The translations under genes were made by a program, and so were the position numbers. Source: Mobula hypostoma (Eukaryota). Taken from it: DNA of 64,000 nt. The stretch is taken from contig NC_086100.1 in NCBI RefSeq assembly GCF_963921235.1, positions 60,574,001 to 60,638,000 of the forward strand. The letters run 5' to 3'. Position 1 is the stretch's first letter, and every line of letters starts with the position of its first letter. Shown here in pieces: positions 1 through 15,500 of the stretch. Under the pieces are notes generated by a model. It made no database searches. It was not told the origin of the DNA and saw nothing but the letters and a program-made list of their open reading frames with translations.

Positions 1-382
1 ATATTGCATAGTTAACAATAAATATTTTTAGCTATCATACCTGGATCTCAAATTCAAACAAAACATTTCCTAAGAAAACCAAGCTTAAGTCTTATCTTAA
101 GTGATAACGATCAGTAATCAGAATTCTAAAATTGTCTTGAAATGCCAGCAGACACAAAGCTCCACAGATACATAGAAAAACTTCATACCTCCAATCTTAT
201 CAAGTTCCTTAACTTGCAGAATATTTGCTGAAAACTAGCTTGAAAATAGGAAACTCTGTGCTGGCTAGACTCAGTAAAATGGAAATATTTACGTAGTGAT
301 TACCTCTTTCACGGCAGGCTAGATTGAACATTGTCTCATGTACCACCACAATGAATTCAATAGTTTAATTTCAAGTTTTTTT

Positions 383-516
383 TTAGTCCATCATTGCTGC
401 ACCCTCACCACCTGTAGCATCAACAGAAATATGAAGGTCCTCTAACATCTCTGCTAGACTGATCCGGGGAGCACCACCATCATCAGTGTCACTTTCAACT
501 GGAACTTTTGAGGAAT
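383..516 (-). CDS. NMD3: NMD3 last coding exon ([44 protein letters not shown])
   Basis: CAG acceptor at 517-519; TAA stop at 385-383; [13 protein letters not shown]. Confidence 0.97.
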
Positions 517-3500
517 CTGTGAATAAAAATTATTTGCATTTACTATAATCAGATACATTTATGTAATTTCTATTAACTGAAATTCAGTATAATGATGTTT
601 CAAATGGAACCGTTTGAATATTGAACAAATACAATGTCAAATAATTTACAAGCATCAATGAGTTTCTTTTGGCTTAAATAACAAAGCCTTTTACAAATGC
701 AGGCCATCCTGGATTAAAAACATTTTTACAAATATCCATAAGTTAATTTTCCCTACAAGTCAGAAAATGCACAAATCACTGGATACAGTAACCATATCTC
801 CACAGTACTGTAATGAATGCCTTTGAGGAGGATCACTTACAGTGAACATTTATTTATGGTCTTCCCCTGCCTAAGTATACTGAAACGGAATCCGGATAGC
901 CCAAGTTCAATGTCTAGTTTCAATGAGCTTGAAATAGCAGTGGATATTACATTGTTTAATAGTATTTTGTTTCACAAGTTTCCATATATGTGATTGCTTG
1001 TCAATTACCAAAAGCAATCCTCTTAAGTGTCCTATGGTGTAACTGGCAACCTGTGATCTTAAAAAACAATGTGTCTGATTACTGTGCGGCGGTTACATGT
1101 AACCAGGTTTCTTCCCACCCCACCACCCTCCACCAACTCTGGTTCTTGTTTGAATTCAATAATATTTATAGCAGCTAGTACACATATACTAGAATAACAC
1201 ACACAAAATGCTGGATGAACTCCTTCAATTTGTGTGTGTCTGTTGCTCTGGCTTTCTAACATCTGCAGAATCTCCTGTCTTTACATAAAAGTTGTGTGTG
1301 TGATTCACAACCTGGAGAGTTAGGTAGATCAGTAGCTGGTGGTATACAGCCAGAATACAAGTTTGCTTGCCTTCTCCTGCCAGGGTGCTGAGTACAAGAT
1401 CTGGGATATGCAGCTGTTCAAGACATGGTTAGGGCACACTTGGAATATTGGATGCAGTTTCAGCCACCACACAGTGGAAAGGGTGTGGTAGTATTAGAAA
1501 AGAGTGTGGAAGAAATTCACCAAGATGTCACTGGAACAAATGGCTTTAGTTACAAAGATAGATTGGATAGGCTGGGATTTTTCTAACCGAAGTGGAGGCT
1601 GGGGGATGACCTTTTAGATGTTTATAAAATCATGAGGAGCATAGGTAGGGGAGAATAGTTATAGTCTTTTTCCAAAAGTAGGAGAATCTAAAAATTGAAG
1701 TCATGAGTTTAAGGTGAGAAGTGGAGTATCTAAAGACAAAATGACAAGAAGCCTTTCTGTAAAGAGAATGGAGAACATGGATTGAGCTGTCAGAAGAGAT
1801 GGTGGAGACAAGTACAATAACAGCATCTAAAAATCATTTGAACAGGTAGATGGATTGGAAAGGTTAGAGACATGTAGGATAAATGCAGGAATATCAAATT
1901 AGCATCGATTGGCACCTTGGTCAGCATGTTTCCATGCTCTACCACTATGACCAATAATACTTCAGCTCCTCTAATTTCACTACAAGATTCAGAAGTAGAT
2001 GCACCTGACCCGAGTCCACAGAACTTAAAATTAATTACCTTTTTCAATGCACTGCAGGCTTGCAATACAAATAGTAATATTTCCAATCCAAACAAGATGA
2101 GCACTGGACAGCACTCCAATGCCATCTCGGTGGGGGATTAAAATATTACTGCTTACATGCATTCCACGGGTCAAAAAAACAACTTTAACGTTAAATCAGT
2201 TTTGATTTCATAACTATACTAAATCCAACATATAGCAAGAATGAAGACAAATGTCAATGAAGAACATTTCTTACCACCCCTCAAGTTTGTGGCAAACAGG
2301 TGCATGACATTGGATAAGTACATTAAGTACACTGAATGTGCATTGAATTCAGTTAAAAAATTACGTACTTTGCCACGAGATTAAGAGATGCTTAACAGAT
2401 TTCCATCAAAGAAACCAGGTATGGATGGAGGGAAAAAAAAACAAAAAGTAATTTTCTCTCATGTCACATAAAGCAGCAACCTCAATGTTAAACTTACCCC
2501 GATAAATATTGACATTTTTTCTGATGATAGCATCATCTTCAAGGTCTTCGAGAAATTCTAAGTATTGTCTAGAATGTACAGAAATTTTTGTTATTTTATA
2601 TAGATTACATGTATCAATAATAATGTGTGGTTTTCCACTACAGCCTTTCCCAACATTTTCAGCATACTCAGCTATGTTTTAGCACACTTCAGTAAAAGAA
2701 AATTTAAGATCAAATCTAGTTGTGACTCTTGAAGATGGTTGAGGAAAGTGAAGGATATTCGAACAACAAGCATACAGATGGATAGGATCTTATATTATAG
2801 CACTACATTATTAATACAGAAGTTAGGAGACCATCCCACACTGACAATTTCTGAAAGTGAATTCCACAAATCTGATAATATGGAACAATTCCAATATTGA
2901 TTAAGGCTCTCCTATTTTGCTTAAAAAAAGAAACAATTTTGTTGCCCCTTTGTGGTCTACACTTGGCTTCAGTAATTCATTATATTGCTGCGTCACAAGA
3001 ACAAGAGATCGTTCAATTGAAATGTGACAATCTGTATCAACTTGCTTTCCTCACCTTTGCACTTTAAATCTCAATATGTAACAAATATTTATCATTTAGT
3101 TTCAAAGATTTCAACAGCTAAGTTAGAAGCATTTTAGGGGGAGATGTTCCAGAATTCATTAGCATTTGAGGCAGTAACGGGAGACAAAGAAATGGCAGGT
3201 GAACTTAATGAGTATTTTACATTAGTCTTCACTGTGGAAGACACTAGCAGTGGGCCAGAGGTCTATGAGTGTCAGGGAACAGGAGTGATTCCCATTGTTA
3301 TTACAAAGGAAAGAGTGCTAGGCAAACTGAAAGGTCTTAAGGTGGATTAGTCACTTGGACCCGATGGACTACATCCCAGAGTCCTGAAAGAGGTTGCTGA
3401 AGAGATAACAGATACATTAGTCATGATCTTTCAAGAATCACTTGATTTTGACGTGGTCCTGGAAGACAGGAAAATTACAACTGTCGCTCCATTCTTTAAG

Positions 3501-6500
3501 AAAGGAGGAAGGCAAAAAAAAAAAGGAAATTATAGGCCAGTTAGTCTAACATCAGTGATTGGAAAAGTTTTGGAGTCCATTATTAATGATGAGGTTTCAG
3601 GGTACCTGGAGAGTAATGATAAAATAAGACAAAGTCAACACGGCTTCTGTAAAGGGAAATCTTGCCTGACAAATCGATTAGAGTTCTTCGAGGAAGTAAC
3701 AAGCAGGGTTGAAGAAGGGAGAGGCAGTGGATAAGGTGCCAGCCACACTGCTTAACAAGATAAAATCCTATGGCATAACAGGAAAGATACTGGCATGGAA
3801 TGAGAAACGGCTGACAGGCAGAAGGCAGCGAGCAGGAACAAAGAGGGCCTTTTCTGGTTGGCTGCCAGTCACTAGTGGTGTTCCTCAGGGGTCACATTTT
3901 TTGTCAGTGATTTAGATAATGGAACTGAAGGCTATGTGGCAAAGTATGCAGATAATACGAAGATAGGTGGAGGGGTAGGTAGTGCTGAGGAAGCAATGCG
4001 ATTGCAGCAGGACTTACACAAATTGGGAAAATGGCAAAAAAGTGGAAGATGGAATACAGTGTTGGGAAATGTATGACAACGCATTTTGGTAAAAAGAACA
4101 ATAATGCAGACTATTATCTAAGTGGAAAGAAAATTCAAACATCAGAGGTACAGAGGGACTTGGGAGTTCTTGTGCAAGACTCCCAGAAGGTTAGTTTACA
4201 GGTTGAGTCTGTGCTAAAGAAGGCAAATGCAATGTTAGTACTCATATCAAGGGGAATAAAATATAAAAACAAAGAGGTAATGTTGAGGCTTTATAAGACA
4301 TTAGTCAGGCCACACTTGGAGTATTGTCAATAATGTTGGGCCGCACATCTCAGAAAGGATTTATTGTCATTGGAGAGAGTTCAGAGGAAGTTCATGAGGA
4401 TGATTCTGGGAATGCAGGAGTTAGCATATCAGGATTGTTTGGCAGCTTTGGGCCTGTACTCACTGGAATTTAGAAGTATGCCGGGGGGGGGCGCGGTTGG
4501 TTTCATTGAAACCTACCAAATGTTGAAAGGACTAGATAGGGTGGATGTGGATGTTTCCTAATGTGGGAGTATCCAGGACTAGAGGGCACAGCCTCAAAAT
4601 TGAGGGGCAACTTTTTAAAACAGAGGTAAGGAGGAAATTTTTTAGCCAGCGAGTAGTGAATCTGTGGAATGCTCTGCCACAGACTGCAGCGGAGGCCAAG
4701 TCCATGGGTATATTTAAGGCAGAACTTGATAGTTTCCTGTTTGGTCAGGGCATCAAAGGATATGGCGAGCAGGCAGGTGTATGGGGTCGAGTGGGATCTG
4801 GGAACAGCCATGATGGAATGGCAGAGCAGAATCAATGGGCTGAATGGCATAATTATGCATCTATGTCTTATGGTCTTAATCACTTCACAATCTCATTCCC
4901 AAATGGCTAAGTTATTTTTTTCATGGGCTTTTGCCCTTGATCTCGCAAGCGCAATTTCACTGAAAGCTTGATTTCAGCCAATAACATCTGCATATCACCT
5001 CCATTGTGTTTTCCAAATCCAGTAATCAAATTAGGAGTTTGGTTAACACACAAAGTAAATTCATTTTTGAATTCTAATTCCTTAGACATAAAAGCTATCA
5101 TTATTATGGGTTTTTTAGTATTTGTGCACAGTTCAATAGTTGTTACTTTATACTAATTTGTAGACTCTCACCATTAATTGTCCAATTTGTTTTCCTTCAA
5201 CGTTCCCCAACTTTAGACTACCCAGCCAAAATTTTGCTTGTTATCTGTCCACATCCTTTTGTAATTTTCTATTCCATCCATAAATGTCTTGCCACTTAAG
5301 TTAGTGGCAGTTACAGTCTTGCATCCATATCTATTCATCTAACCAAATCAACACATGCTGAAAATCTGACACCTGCATTCCAAAGTCAAAGTCGGGTTTA
5401 CTGACATATACACAAAAACATGTATGCACAAATACAGCAAAAAACTTATTTGTAGCAAAACTTACTTGCAGGGTCCCATTCAGATCCCTGCAGAACAACA
5501 CTTGATATGGATAGTTAAAGAACATTATTTCTTCCTCTTAACTTCTATCTCTTCAGTTCTAAACCATGTCAAAATATTAGCTCCAATTGTGGGCTTACTT
5601 TTACTAAAAAATTCAAGTCTAAATAGATAGATTTTTGGTCCACAGTGAAATTCCAGCATCAACCAGTTTAGAACAATTAGTCAGTCAGACCTGACCTCCT
5701 TAGCAAAACCATACAGACACAAATCAGTTTCTACTAATCCAAGTACTGTTAATCTGTTCTTAGTCATAAACTTTTATAACTTCAGATTGGCATTGGTATT
5801 CAGCTGACTCAATCCTCATTCTCTTCTGAGATAATGTAAGTCATATTTGCAGTTTTGTGACGATATACCATCTTAAATATTACCACCCAAAATAACATTA
5901 AACATCATATATATTCAATTCCTTCCTAGATGTGTTTTTAGGTTATCTGTATAGTTGTAATTTTCTTCCTCTTATAAAATTAGATACATAAACAAATTCA
6001 AAGGGTTCAAATTCTTACAAAAGAAAGCAACCTTTTACACTGGATTATGTTAATGTATTTATAACAGAGAAAACAAACTATTCTGCCTAACACTTCCATG
6101 TTTGCAATTGTGTCATGAGTTTTCCAACCCTCCTTTCTCTATGCCAATATTATATTGTTCAAAATGGTCATTATGGGGTGATAATTCTTGTGTAACAACA
6201 CTGCTTCATTTCAGAAAAAAAAGAGACTACTATGCTGCCTTTAGTCATCTAATAGCACATGATCACCTGCCAATTCTAGCACTGTTTTTCCACCCTAATG
6301 ACAACCTTTAGCTCCATATTATCATATTATTGCCAAATCATTACTATTTAATTAATTATTATGAAGACCAAAGACAATTCCTTTACAATACAAGTTGCTC
6401 CCTACATGACTCCCTTCTCCATTCCATTCCTCCCCACTGATCTCCCTCCTGGTACTTATCCTTGCAAGTGGAACAAATGCTACATCTGTCCCTACACCTC

Positions 6501-9500
6501 CTCCCTCACTAACATTCAGGGTCCCAAACAGTCCTTCCAGGTGAGGTGACACTTAACCTGAGAGTCTGTTGGGGTCATCTATTGTACCCAGTGTTCCCAG
6601 TGTGGCCTCCTGTATATCGGTGAGACCCGATGTAGATTGGGAGACCACTTCGCCAAGCACTTATGCTCTATTCACCAGAAAAAGCGGGATTGCCCGGTGG
6701 CCACCCATTTCAATTCTATTTCCCATTCCCATCCCGACATATCAGTCCATGCTTCTTCTACTGCCACGATGAGGCCACACTCAGGTTGGAGAAGCAACAC
6801 CCAATATTCCTTCCTGGTAGTCTCCAACCTGATGGCACGAACATCGACTTCTCAAACTTCCTGTAATTACCCCCTTTCACCATTTCCCTCTCACCTTATC
6901 TCCTTACCTGTCCATCTCCTCTCTCTGATGCTCCTCCTCCTTCCCAATCTTCCATGGTCTTCTACTCTTCCTATCAGATTTCCCCATTCTCCAGCCTTTT
7001 ACCTCTTTCACCAATCAACTTCCCAGCTCTTTACTTTACCCTTCTCCCTCTCTCATCTACCACTTTGCACTACTTCCTCCCCTCTTCCCCATCTTCTTGT
7101 TCTGACTTCTCATCTTTTTTCCCAGTCCTGATGAAGGGTCTCAGTCCAAAATATCGACTGTTTACTCTTTTCCATAAATGCTGCCTGGCCTGCTGAGTTC
7201 TTCTAGCAATTTGTGAGCATTGCTTACATTTCCTTCAAACTCTGTTCAACAATCCTCATCCCTTATATTTACCTCTTGGCCCTTTGTATCTAATACATGA
7301 TGCCATCTAACCCAGAATTTCAAATGTTCATTACCAGAATTGTTCATTTCCATGGTATTGCCTATTTTCTTCCTATTACATTGCCCGCCTACTGAAACCT
7401 CTATTCAGTGTTTTTGCAATCTCCAATTTGGTTGCTTGTAAGTTGTTCAAGGATCTCAGACTCAAAGCTGATAACCTGGAACCTGAGCTTCGAACACTGC
7501 AACACTTCACGGAGGGGGAAGAGCTACCTGGACACATTGTTTCCGGAGGCAGTCACACCCATTAGATTAACTAATGTCAGGGACAAGAGGGTGCAGCTGA
7601 AAGTGAGGCAGGTAGTGGGATTCAAGAGGTAGTGCTGCAGAAGCCTCAACCATTAAGCTTATCAAAAAGGTTTGAGACTTGTACGCTGTGTGGTCAACAG
7701 TGGAGGCTGTAGGAAAGATGAGCAACTATGCCACTGTGGTTCAGGGAGCATTTCAAGAAGGGGGAGAGAAGAGAAATGTATTGTAACTGGGGATGGTATA
7801 GTCAGGGGACTAGGCAATTATTATCTGTCATAACCTCGAAGGCTGTGTTTGTTACCTGTGTGGTCCCTGGGTTCGGAACAGCACATTTGGCCTGCAGACG
7901 GATTTTGAGTCGGGGGCGGGGGGGGATCTAGTTACTGGAGGTAGAATAAGGAAAATTCTTGATGGGAGTTATATACAGGACTCCAAATAGCTAGGGTGTG
8001 GTGTACAAATTATTACAGGTGATAGAAAAGGCATGAATGAAAGACAAGGTTAAGGTCGTCATGGGGATCTTCAATATGCAGGCAGATCGGGAAAATCAGG
8101 TAGACACTAGATCCCAAGAGCCAGAATTAGTAGAATGACTGCAAGATGGATTGTGGTCAAACACACAAGGGAAAAGGCAATTCTAGACTTGGTGCTGTGC
8201 AATGAACCAGAATTGACTAGGAAGCCAAGGAAAAAGAATCCTTAAGAAGGCAGTGATCATAATGTATCAGAATTCACTGTGCAGCTTGAGAGGGAGAAGC
8301 TAAAATTGGATACAATAGTATTACAGTTGAGTGAAGGTAACGACTCAGGCGTAAGAGAGGAGCTGGCCAAAGTTGATTGGAAGTGGACACTAGCAGGGAT
8401 GATGGTACAGCAGCAATTGAAGGAGGTTCTGTGAGTAATTCAGAAGGTTCAGGATCATTTCATCCCAAAGAAGCAACAACATTATATAGGGAAGATGAGG
8501 TAACAGTGGCTGATAAGGAAGATCAAAGAGAGCATAAAAGCAAAAAAGAACACACATAATATTGAAAAAAAAATTAGCAGAATGCCAGAAGATTATGAAA
8601 CTTAAAAATCAACAGAAGGCAATTAAAAAAAGCAATAAAGTAAAAGAAAGGCAAAAGTGGACATTAGACTGCTAAGAAATGACCCTGGGAAAGTAGCAAA
8701 AGGAACAAAGAAATGACAGATGAACTACATAAATATTTTGCATCCACCTTCACTATGGAAGACACCAGCAACATGCCAGAATTGAGAGGATGAGGGGCAG
8801 AAGTATGTGTAGTCACTATTACAAAGGAGGTGGTGCTTGGGAAGCTGAGAGGTCTGAAAGCAGGTAAGTCACCAGGATTCTGAAAGAGGTAGCTGAAGCG
8901 ATTGTGGAGGCATTAGCAGTGATCTTTCAAGAAACACGAGAGCCAGAAATAGTTCCAGAACATCACAACTGTCACTCCACTCTTTAAAAAGGGAGGGAGG
9001 GAAAATACAGAAAATTATAAACCGGTTAGCAAGATTTTAAGGATCTCGGAGGTACATGACAAAATGGGCCAAACTCAGGATGATTTCCTTAAGGGAAGAT
9101 CCTGCCTGACAAACCTGTTAAGACGCAAGAAGCAGGACAGATGAAGGAGAATCAGTCAACATTGTTTACTTGAATTTTCAAAAGGCCTTTGACAAAACGC
9201 CACCCATGAGGATGCGAAACAAGATGGGGACCCATGGTATGACAGGAAAGGCATTAGCATGGATAGAAGATTGGCTGATTAGAAGAAGGCAAAGAGTGGG
9301 AATAAAGGGGGCCTTCGTTAATTGGCTGCTAGTGACAAGCAGCATTCCACAGAGGTGACGTTGGGTACACTGCTTTTCACATGACATGTTAATTATCTCA
9401 GTGACAGAATAGATGGAATTACAGCCAGGATTGCGCTTGATACAAAGGTAGGTGGAGGGAAAGAGAAAGAGTTGAGGAAGCAGGAGAACTCAGATGGGTT

Positions 9501-12500
9501 GGGAGAATGAGCAAGAAAGTAGCAGATGGAAGACAGTGTAGAAAAGTCTATGGTCATGCACTTTGGTAGAAGGAATAAAGATATAGACTAGTTTCTAAAT
9601 GGAGAAAGAGTCAACAGGACTTGTGAGTCATAATGCAGCTTTTCCTAATGGTTAACTAGGAGGTTAAGAATGAAGTCAGGAAGGTAAATGTAATATTAGC
9701 AGTCATTTTGAGAGGATTAGAATATAAAAGGAAGAATGTAATGGTAAGGCTTTATATGATATTGATCACATTTGGGGTACTGTGAGCAGCAATGAGACCC
9801 AAATTGAAGAAAGGATACTCTAGCATTGGAGAGGATCAGAGGAAGTTTACATGAATGATCCTGGGAAAGAAAAGGTTAATGTATGAGGAGCATTTGACGG
9901 TTCTGTCCTTGCACCAGCTAGAGTTCAGAAGACTCAGAATCAGGTTTAATATCACTGGTATACTTCATGAAATTTGTTAACTTGGTAGCAGCAGTACAAT
10001 GCAATACATGATAAATATCAAAAAAAACAAATGATTTATAATAAGCATATATATTTGTATATCAAATAATTAAAATTAAAAATAGAGCAAAAGCAGATTT
10101 TTTTTAAAGTGAGGTAGCATTCATGGGTTCAATGTCCACTTAGAAATCGGATGGCAGAGGGGAAGAAGCTGTTCCTGAATCACTGAGTGTGTGCCTTCAG
10201 GCTTATGTACCTCCTTCCTGACAGTAACAATAAGAAGAGGGCATGTCCTGTGTGATGGGGGTCCTTAATAATGAACGCTGCCTTTCTGAGGCACCGCTCC
10301 TTGAAGATATCTTGGATACTACTGAACCTGATTCTTTAGCCAGACTCTGTAGAATCATAACCACAAACGGCTGTGGATATCATGTTGTTGAGTATATTTA
10401 AAGTGCAGGTTGATATGTTCTTGATTAGTAAGGGTGTCAGTAAGTACAGGGAAAAGGCAGGAAAATCGGATGGAGAGGAAATGATAAATCAGCCGTGACT
10501 GAATGGTGAAGCACTCAATGGGCTCAGTGGCCGAACTCTGCTCTTATGTCTGATGGTCTACCTTGATCATCTTGTTAACCTCCTGTGTTTCTTTGCATCT
10601 TACAAAATTCAACCAACAAACTCAAATACTTCCAATTCAACTCAATGCCCGCTAATATAACAACTCCTCAGACCTTTCTACCCACAGCAGCTTTTTGTTT
10701 GGTGTCACAGCTTCAAGTATCTATAACCATGAGATTTGTGAGGAAATAATAGACTATACAATACTTTTCATCATCTGTTCCCATCTCGTCACGATCTTTA
10801 TCCAGTTCTTTAAGTTTCCAGTTCCGATGATGTTGCCGTCTGGCTCGATCATAGCTCTTCTTAATTAAAATCTAAAGGAAGAGTACTTATCAATAAATAA
10901 ATATAAATAATTCACAAGTTACTGTATCTTCAAATTAATGTAGATAAAATCGGTCCATGCTAAAGTGCAACATTTTCCAATTTTTTTAAAGAATGATGTT
11001 TTATAAGTTTAAGTTTATGCTTTTAACAATCATCATTGTTACAATTAGACCACTTACAGCTCAAAGTGTTTTACAAGGTGGTGGAAAACCATGGATGAGT
11101 GGGAAGGATAAAGGAAAGTGAGAAATAATGCACTGAAAAGCAGTTTTAGAGCTTGTTGTAAACAAAATAAGACAAAGAAATCCACAAGTGTAAACTGTAC
11201 AATTTAGCATGGACTTGTTCAAAAAAATGAACATGGTACAGTGGACTAAGAATGCATTATACTGTATGAGCATGTATAAGCATGATAAATCATTCCTGTC
11301 TCTATCCGATATATTCCTTTCATTATTTTGTAAGTTTCTATAAGATTCCCGCTCATTCTTCCGAATTCCAATGAGTATAGTCCCAGACGACCCACTCTTT
11401 CTTCTCACATGCCAACCCCTTCATCTCCGGAATCAACCTGGCGAACCTCTTCTGCACCAACTCCAAAACCAGTACATCTTCTCTCAAAGGAGAGCAGAAC
11501 TGCACACAGCACTGCAGGTGTGGCCTCAACAGTACACTGTACGATTGTAGCAAAACCTTCCTGCTCTTAAACTTAATCCCTCTATCAATGAAGAGCAACA
11601 TTGTATTTGCCTTCTTTGTACCTGTTGTACTGCAAACCAACCTTTTACAATTCACACCAACAGTTCCAAATTCCTCTGCGTAACAGCATGCTGCAACCTT
11701 ACACCATTTAAATAACAATCTGTTCTACTTTTACATCCAAAGTGGATGACCTCGTATTTACCAACATTGTATACCATTTGCCAGCCGCTTGGTCACTCAT
11801 TTAGCCTACCATACCTCTCTACAGAATCTTTGTATCCTCTGCAGAGTTTGCTTTCCCACTCAATTTCACGTCGTCAGCAAATTTAGATAAACTACACACA
11901 GACCCTTCTTCCAAATCATTGATGTGTACAGTGATAAGCTGCAGGGTCAGCACCCACCCCTGAAGCACCCCTCACTGCTGATTGCCAGTCAGATAAACAT
12001 CCATTTATCCCAACTCTCTACTGTCTATTGTTAACCAATCCTGTATCTATGCTAATAAATCACCTCTAAATCCAAGCATCACTTTACAGATCACAGGCAT
12101 TAAGCTAACTGGCCTCTTGCCTTGGATAACTAAGGCAATAAAAAGGTGGCAACGAACTAAAAGATCACGTATACAAAATCGTAAAGAGTAGTTAGAAACT
12201 GGGAGATTGGGACTTGGAAGACAAGAAACAGGAATTAATATTGGGTTATACAGAAACAGCTGAGGCTTTGAACAACTATTGTGTTGTCTTTTTGTAGAGG
12301 ACGACGTCTAACATGCCAAAGAGAAATGTTATGTATGTGATAGGAGGTGAGGAGGTTGCTCTACCTTAAGTTCATTCCTCCAGCATTTTGTGGATGGATT
12401 TTGTTCATTTATAGTCAACCAAAAGAGCACGTCTGCATACATTGGATGAGTTCCTCTGTCAAGAACTATTAGGAACTAATACAGTTTTATAGAAACATGC

Positions 12501-15500
12501 ATAGAAACATAGAAAACCGGGCCGGCTGGTGGCGCAATGACATCGGTGCCGGACCCGGGAGTGGAGGTTCCCGGGTTCGAAACCAGTCGGGTCCGCTCCC
12601 GAGTACGCTTTCCATCCGTGCCGGGCTGAGTGTCAAGATCACAACTCAACCTCGTAAAATAAAGAGAAAATACTGAGAAAATGTCTGTGGGAGGAGTAGC
12701 ACCATGCAGTCTCTCTCTCGTTCCGCACCTTGTAAAAAGCCATGAAAAAGACATCATCACGGACACACGCACGGAGGCACACGCCAACAAAAAAATAAAA
12801 AACCTACAGCACAATACAGGCCCTTCGGCCCACAAAGGTGTGCCAAATATGTCCCTACCTTAGCAATTACTAGACTTACCTATAGCCCTCTATTTTCTAA
12901 GCTCCATGTACTTATCCAAAAGTCTCTGAAAAGACCCTATCATATCCGCCTCCACCACCATTGCTGGCAGCCCATTCCATGCACTCACCACTCTGAGTAA
13001 AAAACTTACCCCTGACATCTCCTCTGTACCTACTCCCCAGCACCTTAAACCTGTGTCATCTTGTGGCAACCATTTCAGCCCTCCGAAAAAGCCCCTGACT
13101 ATCCACACAATCAATGCCTCTCATCATCTTATACACCTCTATCAGGTCACCTCTCCAAGGAGAAAAGGCCGAGTTCACTCAACCTGTTTTCAAAAGGCAT
13201 GCTCCCCAATCCAGGCAACATCCTTGTAAATCTCCTCTGCACCCTTTCTGTGGCTTCCACATCCTTCCTGTAGTGAGGCGACCAGATCCAAGCACAGTAC
13301 TCCAAGTGGGGTCTGACCAGGGTCCTATATAGCTGCAACATTACTTCTTGGCTCCTAAATTCAATTCCACGATTGATGAAGGCAATACACCATACACCTT
13401 CTTAACCACAGAGTCAACCTGCGCAGCTGCTTTGAGCGTCCTATGGACTCGGACCCTAAGCTCCTCCACACTGCCAAGGGTCTTACCATTAATGCTATAT
13501 TATAGTATGGTAGTAGTATTGTTGGTGTTCTAATTTGTCTGTAATTCATTTAAATACATAATTTGTTACTCAGTCAAACAATAGTTTGTCTTTTTTATAC
13601 CTTTTTAACTATTCCATGAAACTTCAGCTAATTGAGAAAACTGCTGAATTGGGCCAGAATGTACTAGTTTGCACATGTCCCAATTAACTGGAGTCCACTG
13701 TATTACAAAACAGGCATTTTGGTTCTGTGTTGTAATAAACATCAAATTCATTCTTTAGAAGATAATTAACAAAATATTTCTATTTTATTATATAAGATTG
13801 CTTCTTACCACATCAGGAACTCGTTGAGGATTCATTTTATTCACGTGTTCATCATTGAGATTTGAATTAACCAAATCAAACCTATTAATTAAAAGCAATT
13901 TTTTAAAAATTCAAATAAATCTTTCAACATGTGCGCAGGCGCACACACACACATACTCACTCATTATAAGAACCTTATCTTTAAGAACACAATACTATGC
14001 AGAGATTTTGTAAAATGAAAATAACTAGCTTGTGAATAAGAAGCAAAATTCACAGATTTGAGTATAAATGTTTCAGATCTACCATCTTAGAAGACAATTC
14101 ACATCTCATGCCATAATGCTTTATAGTTAACTATTTTTTATATAGGAAATTACTAACCCCAACACCAGGTCACCATGATTAAGTAAATGCCCCAAATGAG
14201 TACGACAATAGTACTGTTGATTGGTGTTCATTTCAGATGTTTTTTGTACCCAGGCCTCAGCCAATGTATGCTAGAATAAAAATATGAAAGAGAACATAAG
14301 AATTTAAAGCATAACTTACTTATTTTGACAAACATTTTTGCCATTTAGATTGCTTCTGTAGGGCTACATAACTGTTAAAATTAATTGCACTTTAGTGAAA
14401 ATCTTTAACAGTTCTAACTTCTACATTTTCCAGAAATTAGCCCTACAAACTGTATGCATCTGCAAATGTACACCTTTAGAAAACTATCAAAAAGTAGCTA
14501 AACCAACTTATCCAAATGGCAAAGTTTTAATGATGATATCTAAAAAAATAGTTTTGTTAATAGTTGACCAATGTTGTACAGTAACCCGATTACACAGGGA
14601 TTACTGTGGAATCAGTTAAGTACTAACTTATTTTAAATTTCTGTTGGCAGCTTGGTATAAAGTGTAGCAAGTATCTCAATGTACATTATATCACAGAAAT
14701 TTAATCTAACAAACTGAACATGGCACTTAAAGAGATCACTGGGGTCGCCCAACAAAAGCTTGCTCAAAGAAGTAAGTTTTAAAAACGTCTTAAAAGAAAT
14801 GATGGAAATATAGAATGGAGAAGTTGAGGAGGTAATTCCAGAGTTGACACCTATGTCTTTCCTACCACTTAGGTGAACAGAATTTGGCAAGAAATGGGCA
14901 ACAGGAACAAAACTGGTTGACAAAGTTTATGAAGGTTGGAATACACATTACATTATCCAAATTTGTGAGGGAAAATGTGAAAATGTATCTTTGTTGAGTT
15001 AGATAATTCCAATGTCTCATATGTAAGAAATGAAAGTTTTCTTTGCTTTCAATAAATAGTGAATATTTTTTTTACATGCAACACAGTTGTAGAATTGGTG
15101 AATATATCACTATGACGGAATGGAGATGCAGTCCATGTCCAATGGAAGGAAATAAACAGAATCTGTATTGACATTTAGTTATAGGATACAATGTTCAAGA
15201 CATCTAGACTATGGAGGAGAATAATAAAAAGACAAAAATCCAAATGAGAACAAATGAAACAAATGGCAGTGTTTCTCTCAATGCAAGTCAGAGTCTGTAT
15301 CAACCAATATCTGCCCATTTACACTGATCCTACATTGAATCATTTACTTCCACCTCATTCTCATCAAATCCTCCCAGAATCTACCACTCACCTATACACT
15401 AAGGGTACAAAGGTCAATTTGTTACGTAAGCGCAGAGCAAGAATAACAATGGAGTACAGTAGTGATTTTACTGAGTTATGTTAATAACAGTAAAGTGCAG

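Noticed and set aside
1-382. NMD3 polyadenylation signal
   Set aside because: No minus-strand AATAAA found; an ATTAAA at 364-369 is only ~14 nt after the stop and cannot be supported. The 3' UTR may extend beyond the window.
12519-12600. Possible tRNA gene
   Set aside because: A and B boxes are present, but there is no clean cloverleaf or acceptor stem, and it continues into a SINE body with A tail and TSD.
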